Assembly (NCBI GenBank): GCA_963756875.1
Contig: CAVWPA010000002.1
Location: forward strand, 1 to 64,000
Source: an uncultured Verrucomicrobiae bacterium
GTDB taxonomy: Bacteria > Verrucomicrobiota > Verrucomicrobiia > Chthoniobacterales > UBA10450
Direction of reading: 5' to 3'
DNA length: 64,000 bases
Position numbers and translations under genes: made by a program. This document shows positions 10,996-22,062 of this stretch, piece by piece (the stretch's first letter is position 1; every line of letters begins with the position of its first letter). The notes under the pieces are model-generated. The model worked only from the letters and a program-made list of their open reading frames with translations, searched no databases and was not told where the DNA came from.

Positions 10996-13503
10996 CTACG
11001 CGCCGTTGGCGGACGCGTCGGGCGCGCCGGTGCCGCCGTGCCGCCCGTACTCGCCGCTGTAGGAGCCGATGCCGTCTCCGTATCCGTGCGACGTGTAGTA
11101 GTAATAATAACCGGAACCGCGACGGCGCGGCAGACGGTTCAAAACAATGCCGGCCGGACGGTTGCCGGCTCCGGCGAGAAGGGTCAATGCGCGATTGATT
11201 GCGTTGCGCGGGGTTTTGTTCGCGCGCACAACAATGCACGTGGTCTGAACATGCGGCGCCATCAGGAGCGTGTCGCTGACCGCAAGCACCGGCGCGCTAT
11301 CGATGATCACCCGATCGAACTGCGCGGCGGTCTCGACGGTCAAAGTTTTGAAACAGTCGCCGCTCAACAACTCCGCCGGGCTCGGCGCCCGCTGGCCTCC
11401 GGCGAGAATGAACAATTGGCCGGTTTTAGTCTCTGGAGAGCGGAAGCGCGTTGTGCCGACCGGATCGGCTTCAAAACTGGCGACGAGCTGGACGGCATCC
11501 TTTAACGCCACCGCGCGAACCAGGTAATCAACGACTCCGGGGAACTCTTCGCTTTGTGAGGGGATCCCGAACACTTTATGAATGCTCGGCCGGCGAAGGT
11601 CGCCATCGACCAGAAGAACGCGGTGACCCTGCTGTGCCGACGCGAGAGCGTAGTTTGCGCTGGTAAAACTTTTTCCTTCGTTAGGCAACGCACTGGTGAA
11701 AAGGAAAACCTTGCGATCGGCTTCCGGGCCGAGCAGCGAAAGCGCGGCGCGCAGATTTCGAAAACTCTCGGCGATCGGGCCTCCCGGGGATTCGTCCACC
11801 AGCCGGTACATGGCCGCTTCGGCCGGCGCGCCGCCGTTGCTATCCCGGCGCGACTTCTTCTTCTTCTTCGTCTTCTTTTTGACGTTGCTGCTTTTTGTTT
11901 CCGGAATCGCCGCCAAAACCGGCAAACCAAGAGTATTTTCCGCCTGGTCGACTGTTTTAATCGAGCGATCGAGCGCGTCCGCGCCGAAAACGAAGGCGAG
12001 ACCCGCGGCGAGACCGCCGAGTAATCCGAGCGTGATGGTCTTCGATGGAACGGGGCTGATCGGCAGATTCGAGAGGCTGGGATGCTGAGCAATGCTGACG
12101 GCATCCGTTTTGATGTCTTTGGTCAGGTCCGTCTGCTTGATTTGCGTAAGCACGCTTTCATAAAGGGCGCGATCGGTCTCTGCCTGTCGCGCCAACTGTT
12201 GATACCCGATGGCCGTCTTGTTCAGGGCGACCGCTGTGCCTTCCTGGTCGTGCAGCGCGTTCTGCAGATCGACTTCAGTGGCTTTAGCCTGTGCGATGGC
12301 GTTGCGCAAAATCGCGGGTTGCGCCTGCACAGCCTCGCGAAGTTTTTGCTTCGCCTCTTTCAGTGACGCGCGCGCAGCCATCATTTTGGGATGCTTTTCT
12401 TTGTAACGCAGGGCGAGCGTCGCGATCTGGGCTTCGATCTGCGTCACGCTGCTACGGGCGCCGTTTACCAAAGCTGATGATGCGATACTCGGGACCGCGA
12501 GGAGGGCGTCGATATCGTCGCCGGACTGTTCGATCTGTTTGAGCTCGCCTTCCAACCGGAGCCGGTCGGTCTTCGTGGTTGTGAGTTTGTTGCTCAGCTC
12601 CGTCAGTTTGTCTTCGACAATGCCGCCGCGGCTTCCGCCCGCACCCGCGCCGGAACCGGGCTGAGTCCCGGTGGATACCGTGCCGCCGCCGAGTTGCAGC
12701 GCATCCGGGTGTGTCGCTTTGTAATCTGCAACGGCCGACTCGCTTTTTTGCAGATTCACTTTCAGACGTTCTTCTTCTTCGACCAGATAGCGAAGTGCGT
12801 CCTGACTAAAAGAAGCGCGCCGCTCGATGGAGTTACGGATGTATTCGCGGCCGACGGCTTCAGCCAGGCGTTGCGCCATGACCGGGTCGCGATTGGCCAC
12901 GTACACATCGATCAAACGCGTGCCGCGGCGAATGGAAGCTTTCACCATTCCGGAAAGCGCGCCGGCCAGCGCTTCTTCCATGGGAGTAAACGTCATGCCA
13001 GTCAGCAATTTCGGCTGGGTGCGCGAAGTGTGAGCCGGCTTGGGAGTGGCGGAAGTTTCCGCCGTCTCCCGGCTCAGGCTGGTGCCGAGAAGAGCGGCGC
13101 CGCCGTCCTCGGCCAGGCCTTCGGATCGAATAACACGCGCCAGCATCTCGGTGTTGGTCAGATTTTGTTCGATGGTCCGAAGCGCTTCCTGACTGGCGAC
13201 AAACATGGACCGCATCCGCGTCATCGAGTCTTCGCCGGAAACAAAAGTTGGCTGCTGAAACTCCACCTCCAGAACGGTGTGCGCCTGATAGGTCTTCGGG
13301 GTGCGCGCCAGATAACCCAAAGCGATGAAGAGTCCGGCCAGCACGCACAAGGCAACGATCCAGATCCGTTCGACGAGGCTGTGCCAGAACTGGCGAAGAT
13401 TGAACCCGCGCTGCGGTTCCATCATCACGTCGATGGCGGGATGCACCGGAGCGGCGGCCGGAGGATTGGGGATCTGTGCGCGAGGCCCTGTCGATGGAGT
13501 CAT
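10996..13503 (-). CDS. wzc: Polysaccharide co-polymerase / tyrosine autokinase (Wzc/GumC)
   Basis: Two TM segments around coiled-coil, ESFRNLR, Walker A TSALPNEGKS, VDGDLRRP, IIDSAP, C-terminal Tyr cluster. Confidence 0.92.
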   Translation of the reverse strand: MTPSTGPRAQIPNPPAAAPVHPAIDVMMEPQRGFNLRQFWHSLVERIWIVALCVLAGLFIALGYLARTPKTYQAHTVLEVEFQQPTFVSGEDSMTRMRSMFVASQEALRTIEQNLTNTEMLARVIRSEGLAEDGGAALLGTSLSRETAETSATPKPAHTSRTQPKLLTGMTFTPMEEALAGALSGMVKASIRRGTRLIDVYVANRDPVMAQRLAEAVGREYIRNSIERRASFSQDALRYLVEEEERLKVNLQKSESAVADYKATHPDALQLGGGTVSTGTQPGSGAGAGGSRGGIVEDKLTELSNKLTTTKTDRLRLEGELKQIEQSGDDIDALLAVPSIASSALVNGARSSVTQIEAQIATLALRYKEKHPKMMAARASLKEAKQKLREAVQAQPAILRNAIAQAKATEVDLQNALHDQEGTAVALNKTAIGYQQLARQAETDRALYESVLTQIKQTDLTKDIKTDAVSIAQHPSLSNLPISPVPSKTITLGLLGGLAAGLAFVFGADALDRSIKTVDQAENTLGLPVLAAIPETKSSNVKKKTKKKKKSRRDSNGGAPAEAAMYRLVDESPGGPIAESFRNLRAALSLLGPEADRKVFLFTSALPNEGKSFTSANYALASAQQGHRVLLVDGDLRRPSIHKVFGIPSQSEEFPGVVDYLVRAVALKDAVQLVASFEADPVGTTRFRSPETKTGQLFILAGGQRAPSPAELLSGDCFKTLTVETAAQFDRVIIDSAPVLAVSDTLLMAPHVQTTCIVVRANKTPRNAINRALTLLAGAGNRPAGIVLNRLPRRRGSGYYYYYTSHGYGDGIGSYSGEYGRHGGTGAPDASANGA

Positions 13504-13577
13504 TAATTACGCCCGGAGCGCTGACGGTTGCATCCTAATACGGTTTCGAAATTTTGCAGGGACTTTTCACGGCCCGG

Positions 13578-14240
13578 TTAGAAAATGCTTTCGCCAACTG
13601 TGACCGTGTCGCCGGGGCGCACGGTAAAATTCTCGCCGCTGCCGTGCGCGAGGCGTTTCCCGTTGACCCGGAAGACATGGTTCTCGCGTTTGACGGTGAT
13701 GCGTTCGGGCGCCGCGATTCGCGTGTAACCGCCGGCCATGGCGATGGCTTCGAGCAGGCCGATCCCTTCAGGAGAGCCATCCGGCATTTCGTAACTGCCA
13801 GGGCGATTGATCTGGCCCAGCATGGTGAACCGGCGTTTGGCGTAGCCCAGAAGCATGACGTTCACTCTTGGATTAACGAGGTAATCGCGCCCGAAAAGCT
13901 GGGTCAGTTTGGCCGCGGCCTGGGTCAGGGTCAGTCCCGCGAGATGGACGGAGCCGAGCAGCGGGACGCTGAGATTGCCCTCGGAGTTGAGCCGGCCCGC
14001 GGTGCGAAGATCGTCCTCGCCAAAGACATCGACGCCGACCTGGTCGTTCGCGCTGAGGACATAACCGCTGGGGGCGCTGACGGCTGCCATCGCCGGGAGC
14101 GGGTTGGCCGGCGAAGCAGGCGCCGCCGGCGCGTTGGTACTATTATAATTGGTCGCCTCGTTTGTGGCCGTATCGACCGATTGCGAAAAGGCGGCCAACG
14201 GCAGGAAGGCGCCTACTGCGATGATTAGAACCGATCTCAT
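13578..14240 (-). CDS. wza: Polysaccharide export protein (Wza-like, Poly_export + SLBB)
   Basis: Signal peptide, YVLSANDQV, EGNLSVPLLG, GQINRPGSY, AIAMAGG. Confidence 0.88.
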   Translation of the reverse strand: MRSVLIIAVGAFLPLAAFSQSVDTATNEATNYNSTNAPAAPASPANPLPAMAAVSAPSGYVLSANDQVGVDVFGEDDLRTAGRLNSEGNLSVPLLGSVHLAGLTLTQAAAKLTQLFGRDYLVNPRVNVMLLGYAKRRFTMLGQINRPGSYEMPDGSPEGIGLLEAIAMAGGYTRIAAPERITVKRENHVFRVNGKRLAHGSGENFTVRPGDTVTVGESIF

Positions 14241-14645
14241 AAATAGGGACTAGGTGCGCTGAGTTCTGGCGGGCGGCTGGCAAGGCGCGACGAAAGGGCA
14301 TAGCCGTAGCGCTCTGGAATTGAGGAGCAACGCCGCCAGTTGCCCGCCAGAACTCAGCCCGAAGGGTTGCTCGATCTTTGACACTGCCGCCGCGTTGCTC
14401 CTCAGTCGAAGATCCATAAAGGATATTCTCTCTCCTCGCGCCTTGCAGCAGCGCCAATCCTCTGGCAACGCACCCGTTCCTATTTGTGAGATGGGTTCTG
14501 GAACTCTTCGGATCATGGCGCCAACAGGGGGAAAGATAGCATTATTTTACTGAAATTCCTCGTTGTAGCCACGGCCCTGCGGGCCGTCCTGGTGTGTGAC
14601 AGTCCGTAGGGACGGACTGCCAGGCCGTTGGCCCGCTGGGATCCC

Positions 14646-14974
14646 GCAGCCGACACGGCTGCCGCCACAGAAGAAAGGGAAAACTGAAGGAGGCAAAACG
14701 CAGCCGACACGGCTGCCACCGCAGAAGAAAGGGAAAACTGTAGAGGCAGGCGTGTCGCCTGCGGGAGAACTGAAGGAAACGCAGCCGACACGGCTGCCAC
14801 CACAGAAGAAGGGAAAACTGTAGAGGCAGGCGTGTCGCCTGCGGGAAAACTGAAGGAAACGCAGCCGACACGGCTGCCACCACAGAAGAAGGGAAAACTG
14901 AAGGAAACGCAGCCGACACGGCTGCCACCACAGAAGAAAGGGAAGACTGAAGGAAACGCAGCCGACACGGCTGC
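14646..14974. repeat. REP/BIME-like array: six copies of palindrome GCAGCCGACACGGCTGC with two inverted GTAGAGGCAGGCGTGTCGCCTGC partners
   Basis: Copies at ~14646, 14700, 14781, 14861, 14909, 14958 with near-identical linkers. Confidence 0.85.
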
Positions 14975-15004
14975 GGCCGGGCTTTTCGCGAGTGCGAAAG
15001 GCGT

Positions 15005-16324
15005 TTAAAACCTGACTGTGGTGCGGAGACCGACCTGATTGTCATAAAAGCTAAAGAAACTGAAGGAACTTGTGTCCTGCCGGTGCAGGTAATATGCCCC
15101 GACGCTCCAGTAACGGGTGACATTCACGTCCACCGTCGGCTCGATGTAGTAGTAGTCGTCATTACGCGTGGCGGTGAATCCGCTGATCGTGCTGAAGTAG
15201 TTGGCGTTCTCGTAGCCCACGGCGACCCCGAGCGACGCGCGTTGCATGAAGCGCTGGCTGACACCGAGATGGATGTCGGTGGAAGCGTAATCCTGGCCGG
15301 CGAGCGAAGCCGAATTGGCCGTGTGCCGTGTGCCGCTAAGGCTGATCGAGGTGCCGTTAAAGGGCTGGTAGGATGCGCCGAGCGTGTAAACCGGTGAAAA
15401 ATATGTGCTGCGGCCATTGTTTCCAAACTGTCGAAACTCGCCGCCGCCGGTGGCGCTGAAACTGACTTTTCCGGTGGCGTTATAGCTCAAGCGCGCGTTG
15501 ACCTGTTCGTAGGTCTGATCCGGACTGGAATTCTGGACCGTGTTGTATCCGGCTGTGCCGCCGACGCCGACCACAAGTTTCGGACTGTAATTGTAATTGA
15601 TGAAGAGGTTGCCAGAAAAATTCTGCGAGCCAATCTGCGAGCCCGAATAATCGTCGATGGCGAAATTTCCGGCACCGCTGAGAAAGAGTTTCCCGGTCAA
15701 CTGGTAGGAACCGTTCAAGGCGCTCGTGTAAATGTTATGCTTGGTGCGGCCTCCCACGTCGATGTTGGCGTTGTGTCCGGTGGGGTCGGAGATGCTGTTG
15801 AGATCGGGGCCGTCGAGAATCTGAATGTTCTGCGACGCCGAGAGCGACAAACGGCCGAAGATATGTCCGCCTTGCAAGCGAATCAGGTGCTGCACGGTGT
15901 CGTATTGCGAGTTATCGGCAAAAAGAAAAAGGCTGGGCCGATAAATCAGGCTGAGCGAATTGTCGCTCCCGGAACCGCCGAACCCGAGGAAGATCGACGG
16001 TTCGATCGCGAAATAGAAATCGGACATGCGATTGAAAGAACTGATGTTGACGTTGTCGTCATAAACGCCGCGGGCGGTGACGGAAAAATTGTATTGGAAC
16101 CGTCGCGGCGTTTGCGTCAACGTGCCGCCCTCGCTGCTATTGCCGTTGCCGGTTGTCGATCCCGATTGCAGCGCTTCGATTTCTGCCGGGGTAAACGCCG
16201 ACGAATTTGTGGCAGGGACCGCTACGTCCTGCGCGGAGATGGTGCAAAAGGGAAACAAAAATCCGCAGGCGGCGAGGATCAGGCCGAGCGCGCGGGGTTG
16301 GTGAGCAACAGTTTCAGCTTTCAA
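15005..16324 (-). CDS. Outer-membrane beta-barrel protein of EPS locus
   Basis: Signal peptide, YDDNV motif, alternating beta strands, terminal Phe; adjacent to wza. Confidence 0.8.
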   Translation of the reverse strand: MKAETVAHQPRALGLILAACGFLFPFCTISAQDVAVPATNSSAFTPAEIEALQSGSTTGNGNSSEGGTLTQTPRRFQYNFSVTARGVYDDNVNISSFNRMSDFYFAIEPSIFLGFGGSGSDNSLSLIYRPSLFLFADNSQYDTVQHLIRLQGGHIFGRLSLSASQNIQILDGPDLNSISDPTGHNANIDVGGRTKHNIYTSALNGSYQLTGKLFLSGAGNFAIDDYSGSQIGSQNFSGNLFINYNYSPKLVVGVGGTAGYNTVQNSSPDQTYEQVNARLSYNATGKVSFSATGGGEFRQFGNNGRSTYFSPVYTLGASYQPFNGTSISLSGTRHTANSASLAGQDYASTDIHLGVSQRFMQRASLGVAVGYENANYFSTISGFTATRNDDYYYIEPTVDVNVTRYWSVGAYYLHRQDTSSFSFFSFYDNQVGLRTTVRF

Positions 16325-16717
16325 GTGGGGAGGAGAAGACCATGAGCGGCCGGGGGTTAAGCGGGTCTAAAACGGAACGAAAAGCATATCGATTATCGAG
16401 GGCATTGTTCTAACAATTATAAAAATGAAATCAAGTCACATTAATCTGGTAGCGGAACGCGTACCAGGGAGGGGGAAAGGGGGAAGGGGATTGCAGGGTG
16501 AAGTTCCAAATCCCAAGCTCCAAACCCCAGGGAAATCTCAAGCTCCAAGCTCCAACATCCAATCTTCAAGGGCTTCATTTGCCCTCCGCTTCTGAGTTCG
16601 ACGTTCGACGTTGGGCGTTGAGCGTTCGGCGTTTGCTTCGGTCCACCGCCGGATCCTCCCTGCCCTTCGCCCTTACCGCTTGCCCCTTAGCGCAGCCGGC
16701 GGCAGTCGGCGGCTGCG

Positions 16718-19102
16718 TCAGCGTCGCGACGCTGAGATGGCCGCTTCGTATTGCGACATGGCTTGCCACGCTTTTTGCCAGTCGCCTTTACGCGCCCAGA
16801 TTTCGCTTTCCAAAAAATAAACCGACGGCGGCGGTTTCGCCATGGCTGCAAAGGCTTTCAGGTTGATCAACGCCTGGTCGGGCTCGTTCGCCTTGATCTG
16901 CGCCAAGGCGATTGGCAGTCCATCGTTCTCAATGTTCCCGCTGATGCGGAAGCGACGGATCATCGAGGCGACAGGCTCGCGTGAATCGGTTTGTGGCAGA
17001 TTCGGTGGCGGTACAAAACGCGCGGCCGTTTCGTAAGCCTGCTTGTAATCCTGATAGTCGGCACAGGCGCGGACGAAATCGCGCCACGCGATCTTTTCCC
17101 AGTCGGGATGTTGCTTCAAAGTTTCCAGTAAATCGAGCTTGTTGCCGTGCTGGTACCAGGCGTGAAAAAAGGCGGGTATTTCAGCAGGTGCGAACGACTG
17201 CAGGTTGGGGTCTTCTTCCAGTATTCGCTGCGACTCGATTGCGAACTCCACGGGACCCGCCTTTTGTAGAAATAACAAGAGATAACGTTTTCGGTCGCCG
17301 GCCAGCTGCCGCCAGCGCTCGCGCAGGGCGGCATCGTTTCGCACGATGCCGAAGAGATCCGAGTAGATGCCGAACGCGCTCTCCGGACATTTTTCCATTC
17401 CTTCTTTCCAGACGGCAAAGGCAAGGTCGGGTTCTCCGAGATCCAGCCATATCCTGCCCTCCTTTAGATAAAGATCGGGCCAGCCAGGCAGAAGATAACG
17501 GGCGGCGGCAAAATCGCGTTTGATGTCGGAACGCGGTTGAAAGAGCGCGGCTTCAGCGAGTCCGCGCTGATAGTAGAAATTCCAATCCAGGGGCGCGATT
17601 TTCAATCCGGTGGACGCGAGTTGCTTCACTTCGTCGTAATTTTCCGAACTCGCCGCGGCTTCGATCCGTTTGGTTGAACGTTCGACCGTTTTTCCCGTGG
17701 GTGGACTCGGCACGGCGAGCACCGATGCGAGCCACCAGGATCCGATGCAGACAAACAGGAGGCCGAGAAAGCGAAAGAGCGCGGAGACGAACTTGTAAGA
17801 ACGGTATCGCGTTTCGGGGTTAACGGCTGTGCTGACTAGAAACAGTGCCGGCCAAAGCGAGCCGATGCGGTGACCGGAAACATCGACCAATCCGTGAAGA
17901 GCGAAACCGATTCCGCAGATCATCGCGGCCACCCGCATCCCGTGCCAGCTTCCCGGTTGAAACGGGAAGCAGCGCCGGAGCCAGAGAGCGATTCCGGCAA
18001 GGATCAGCAACGGCGCGAGGCAACCCATTTCGACCGCGGTCCAGAGCCAGTCGCTCTCCGGATGAATGGCCTGGCTTGTGGAAACAAAAAAGTGCCGGTG
18101 CGCTGAAAACAGGGAGCGGAAATTTCCAAGACCGATGCCAAGCAGCGGCGATTTTTTCCAGAAGTCGAAGGCGTCGCGTTGAATCAGCAGCCGCCCGTTG
18201 GCGGATGGGGAAAACAGTTCGGCAGGATGTTTGAAGCGGAGCAACGTGTCGCCGCCGGCAACGAGCAGAAGCGCGACGAGAATGATGAGCGGTCCCCATG
18301 CGACGGCCCTCGCGGTGCCCTCCCGCGAAGTAACAAGCCAACAGACATGCCAGATGAGCGCGCCGGCAAAGAAAAGCACGATCCCGGCGCGGGAATAATT
18401 CAGAATGAGCGCCCAACAAACAAGCGCCAGACCGAGCAGCCACATCCATCCGCGCCGGCGGCCGCGCTGCAAATGCTGGAAGGCGTTTGCATAAATCATG
18501 ATGCCGCCCAGTGCCAGGACGTCGCTGGTCTGGTTGCGGTTCGGGAAAAAGCCGAACTCCGCTACGTTCGGCCAAAACGGCACGTGTCGCTTAAGGGCGT
18601 ACACAGTAACCAAAGTTGCCGCCAGGGAGAGAATTCCGTAACAAAAGATGTCCCACGCTCTTTCGCGCAAAGCAGGTTTCCATTTTTGTGCGAACAGATA
18701 GTAGGCCCAGGCCAATCCAAGCCAGAGCAGACAGGCCGATTGTAGCGTCAACCACGGCTGGGCCGACCACGTGTCAGGAAGTTGGACGCCCAGTTTCAGA
18801 AGAGCAGCACGCCAATCCGGCGTGGGAAAAAAATGAGCGGGCAGGAATCCGATCAGGCTGATCACGGCGATTGCGACAAAGACCGTGCTCAGTGCCGGGC
18901 CAAGTGAGAATCGCGCCGGCCAGAGAATGAAAAGAAGGCCCGTGGCCAGGGCGATGGTGGCCTCCGCCCAAAGCGTGGTCGAGCCGCCGAGGGCGGGCGC
19001 CAGCACCGTGAGCAGGACTACGGCGCAGGCGGCGGTTTTTTTTGGGGACTCTTCGATCGGAGGTGCCAAAGCCAGGGTTCGATGCGGGTGAACGGACATC
19101 AT
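16718..19102 (-). CDS. O-antigen ligase family protein with C-terminal TPR-like region
   Basis: Many TM helices, FPNRNQ, SRAG, GIGLGNF, HPESDWL..EMG. Confidence 0.85.
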   Translation of the reverse strand: MMSVHPHRTLALAPPIEESPKKTAACAVVLLTVLAPALGGSTTLWAEATIALATGLLFILWPARFSLGPALSTVFVAIAVISLIGFLPAHFFPTPDWRAALLKLGVQLPDTWSAQPWLTLQSACLLWLGLAWAYYLFAQKWKPALRERAWDIFCYGILSLAATLVTVYALKRHVPFWPNVAEFGFFPNRNQTSDVLALGGIMIYANAFQHLQRGRRRGWMWLLGLALVCWALILNYSRAGIVLFFAGALIWHVCWLVTSREGTARAVAWGPLIILVALLLVAGGDTLLRFKHPAELFSPSANGRLLIQRDAFDFWKKSPLLGIGLGNFRSLFSAHRHFFVSTSQAIHPESDWLWTAVEMGCLAPLLILAGIALWLRRCFPFQPGSWHGMRVAAMICGIGFALHGLVDVSGHRIGSLWPALFLVSTAVNPETRYRSYKFVSALFRFLGLLFVCIGSWWLASVLAVPSPPTGKTVERSTKRIEAAASSENYDEVKQLASTGLKIAPLDWNFYYQRGLAEAALFQPRSDIKRDFAAARYLLPGWPDLYLKEGRIWLDLGEPDLAFAVWKEGMEKCPESAFGIYSDLFGIVRNDAALRERWRQLAGDRKRYLLLFLQKAGPVEFAIESQRILEEDPNLQSFAPAEIPAFFHAWYQHGNKLDLLETLKQHPDWEKIAWRDFVRACADYQDYKQAYETAARFVPPPNLPQTDSREPVASMIRRFRISGNIENDGLPIALAQIKANEPDQALINLKAFAAMAKPPPSVYFLESEIWARKGDWQKAWQAMSQYEAAISASRR

Positions 19103-19383
19103 CCGTCAGTGCTAATTTTCGGACAAGAGGGAATCTGCAGAAATGCCCGCTTTCGCGCAAGCCGCAGGCAACGAGATCACGGCGAGGCATGAGCTACGAC
19201 GGGCAAATTGGCAGGGCTATTGCGCTGCGATGTCCGGACGGCGCAGCGCACCGTCCCTACCAGTACGTTTAATCTAATTCGGCGATTTGGAAATCGTCGC
19301 TCCTTGGAATGAAATTGTAGGGCGACTGTGTCAGTCGCCGATTCGGGCGGTTGGCGTCTCACCCGCCTTCGCCAAGACGCGGT

Positions 19384-20037
19384 TTATACGTCTGAAGAGA
19401 CCATGCCCGAACGGATCGCGTAACGGACCAGCCCGGCAAGATCGCGAATATTTAGTCGCTCCATGATCTGGGCGCGATGAGCGTCGACGGTCTTGGGACT
19501 AATCTGAAGCATGTAACCGATCTCCTTGGTGCTCTTGCCCTCGGCTATTAGCTGCAGAATTTCCCGTTGGCGAAGCGTGAGTTGCGTAAGCGGCTTCTCG
19601 CCGTCGCTCGGTCGCTCCAAATAATGGCGGACATTGTCGCCAGAGATGGAAGACCCGAGAAAGACCTTGTTCTGGGCTACCGATTTAATCGCCAATTCCA
19701 ATTCGGCCACGGCCGCGTCTTTCAGCACATAGCCCAGCGCACCGGACTGGAGAGCATTTATAATGTACTCCTCATTTGAATGCATCGAAAGAATGATCAC
19801 CTTGGTTTCGGGAAAATCCTTAACAATGCGGATAAGCGCCTCCAATCCGTTGAGGTTAGGCATGGCGATATCCAACAAGGCAATTTGCGGCCGGAGCTTC
19901 CTGACCAGATCCAATGCTTCTCGACCATCGCTTGCTTCCGCTACCACCTCGACCGATGGAATTTTGTCGAGTAAGGAGCGAAAACCGGTACGAACGAGGT
20001 GGTGATCGTCGGCCAACAAAACGCGCGTTTTAGTCAT
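19384..20037 (-). CDS. NarL/LuxR family response regulator
   Basis: LLADDH, LLDIAMP, LTLRQREILQLIAEGKSTKEI HTH. Confidence 0.93.
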   Translation of the reverse strand: MTKTRVLLADDHHLVRTGFRSLLDKIPSVEVVAEASDGREALDLVRKLRPQIALLDIAMPNLNGLEALIRIVKDFPETKVIILSMHSNEEYIINALQSGALGYVLKDAAVAELELAIKSVAQNKVFLGSSISGDNVRHYLERPSDGEKPLTQLTLRQREILQLIAEGKSTKEIGYMLQISPKTVDAHRAQIMERLNIRDLAGLVRYAIRSGMVSSDV

Positions 20038-21901
20038 AAGAATTTTGATGCGCGCGGCGCCAGGGAAGAAACAGATGAATCTCGGTGCCGTGATTTGGTG
20101 CCGACTTGCAATGGAAAGTGCCACCCATGGCCGACGCCCTTTCGCTCATTCCCACCATGCCAAGACGGTGCAGCTCAATTTGCTTTTGCGCTTCAGCCAC
20201 GCTAAAGCCGATGCCATTGTCTTGAATTCTTAGATTAAACCCATCCGGTTCCCCATTTAACTGAAGTGTTACTTTACTGGCTTTGGCGTGTCGCATCACA
20301 TTGAAAAGGGCCTCCCGGGTAATCCTAAAACATGCCGTTTCCACTTCTGGATCTGGACGTTTGAAATTATTATCCGCCCGAAACTCGGTTTCCCATTTAT
20401 TTCTCTTGCCGTAGTTATTTAGAAGAGCTCGTAGTGCCGGCACCAATCCCAAGTCGTCGAGTAGAGGTGGTCGAAGATCGAATGACATCCGCCGTACTTG
20501 CTCAAGGATTTCATCCAGAATTGCGCTCGACGCATTCAGCTGTTCGGTTCTTAATTTGGCTTTTCTGATACGTTTGGCCGACTGCAGAGAAATTTTCGCG
20601 GCCGTTATGGCCTGCCCGACTCGGTCGTGGAGCTCTATCGCGACCTGTTTTTCCAGGTCTTCTTGCATTTGAGCGCGGCGGCGGGAAAGTACGCGGAATT
20701 GCTGGTTCACTTTTTCCATGGTCTCTTCCATTTGTTTGGCGTCGGTAATATCCTCTCCTATGCTGACGAAGTGAATCGTGTTCTCGCTTTGGAACCGACT
20801 GGGGTAGGTGCGGTCACGGATCCAGCGAATCGTGCCGTCGCGGCTTACAATGCGATACGTAATGTCCAAAAGCTTTTTGGGATCCGCTTCGAGGCTCGTC
20901 CGGTTGACGCGCTCCCTGTCGTCCGGATGCACGGCGTCTAGCCCGGAAAGAGGCGCTTCATACAGGCTCTGGCAGCTTCGGTCGAAAATGCGTTCGTATG
21001 CAGGACTGACGTAAAGTACTCGCAACGGATTTCTCGTCCAAATCCAGAAGACCTGGTCGATGGCCTCGGCCATGTCTCGAAAACGCTCTTCGCTCCTGCG
21101 CAACGCTTCTTCACCCAGATGCTGCTCGGTCACGTCGGCGGCGACACCAGCGACACGAACAACCTTTCCGCTAGCGTCCCTGACTGGAAAAGCCCGGAAC
21201 GCAATCCACCGGACCGACTGATCCGTCCGGATGATACGAAAGGTTAACGGCTCATCGATGGGGAATCGATTGAGTCTTGCAGTTACAGCAAGTCTTTCCC
21301 GGTCCTCGGGATGGATCGCATCCCGCCACGACCGGGGATTGGAGTAGAGGCTCTCACAGCTGCGGCCCGTGATTTTTTCGTAAGCGGAGCTAATGAAAAA
21401 GACCTTGGGGCTGTCGGCCGCCTGCAGCCAGATGACCAAGTCGGTGTTTTCGGCAAATTGGCGCAATGGTTCATCGCTTTCTTGAGGCGCCGTTTCCTTT
21501 TGCACGTGTTCGGTGATGTCATGGCAGACGTTTACATAGCCCAAAAAATCTCCTCCCTCATTTTTGACTGGAGATCCATGATCATTGAGCCAGCGATACT
21601 CGCCGTCGTATCTCCTCACGCGGTATGCTGCCTGGAACGGCAGACGGGCCTTCAAAGTATCGCTAAAGTTGCGCAGGTAACTCCGAACATCTTCCGGATG
21701 TAATGACGCAATCCAGGCGCCGCCCATCTCTTGTTCAATGCTCCGGCCGGTCAGCGTCAGCCAGGCCTCATTGAAATAATTACATTGTCCGTCAGGACCC
21801 GTCTGCCGAACGGGAAGGGGAAGCTGATCGAGCAGATTCGTTACCAAGGCCAGTGAAACATTGAGCGTTACAAGGGTAAACGACGCAGATTTATTAAACA
21901 A
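20030..21901 (-). CDS. PAS-domain (x3) HisKA_3 sensor histidine kinase
   Basis: Three HPED/HPDD PAS-PAC repeats, ELHDRVGQ, EALFNVMRHA, DNGIGF. Confidence 0.92.
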   Translation of the reverse strand: MFNKSASFTLVTLNVSLALVTNLLDQLPLPVRQTGPDGQCNYFNEAWLTLTGRSIEQEMGGAWIASLHPEDVRSYLRNFSDTLKARLPFQAAYRVRRYDGEYRWLNDHGSPVKNEGGDFLGYVNVCHDITEHVQKETAPQESDEPLRQFAENTDLVIWLQAADSPKVFFISSAYEKITGRSCESLYSNPRSWRDAIHPEDRERLAVTARLNRFPIDEPLTFRIIRTDQSVRWIAFRAFPVRDASGKVVRVAGVAADVTEQHLGEEALRRSEERFRDMAEAIDQVFWIWTRNPLRVLYVSPAYERIFDRSCQSLYEAPLSGLDAVHPDDRERVNRTSLEADPKKLLDITYRIVSRDGTIRWIRDRTYPSRFQSENTIHFVSIGEDITDAKQMEETMEKVNQQFRVLSRRRAQMQEDLEKQVAIELHDRVGQAITAAKISLQSAKRIRKAKLRTEQLNASSAILDEILEQVRRMSFDLRPPLLDDLGLVPALRALLNNYGKRNKWETEFRADNNFKRPDPEVETACFRITREALFNVMRHAKASKVTLQLNGEPDGFNLRIQDNGIGFSVAEAQKQIELHRLGMVGMSERASAMGGTFHCKSAPNHGTEIHLFLPWRRAHQNSYD

Positions 21902-22062
21902 GCAGGATCGGTGGAGAAATACCGCAGGAAAAACGGGTTTGCCACAGCAACTTCGCGGAAAGTTCGCAGCCCGAAAACCAGTGGGCTTTACGAATCAAGC
22001 CGTGATTACAATTCCACGGATTTCTTTCTTGTTTAACCATGCCCAGCTCAAGCACGTAATTA

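Noticed and set aside
14646..14974. Possible CRISPR array
   Set aside because: Linkers are repeated copies of each other, not unique spacers; REP-like palindromes
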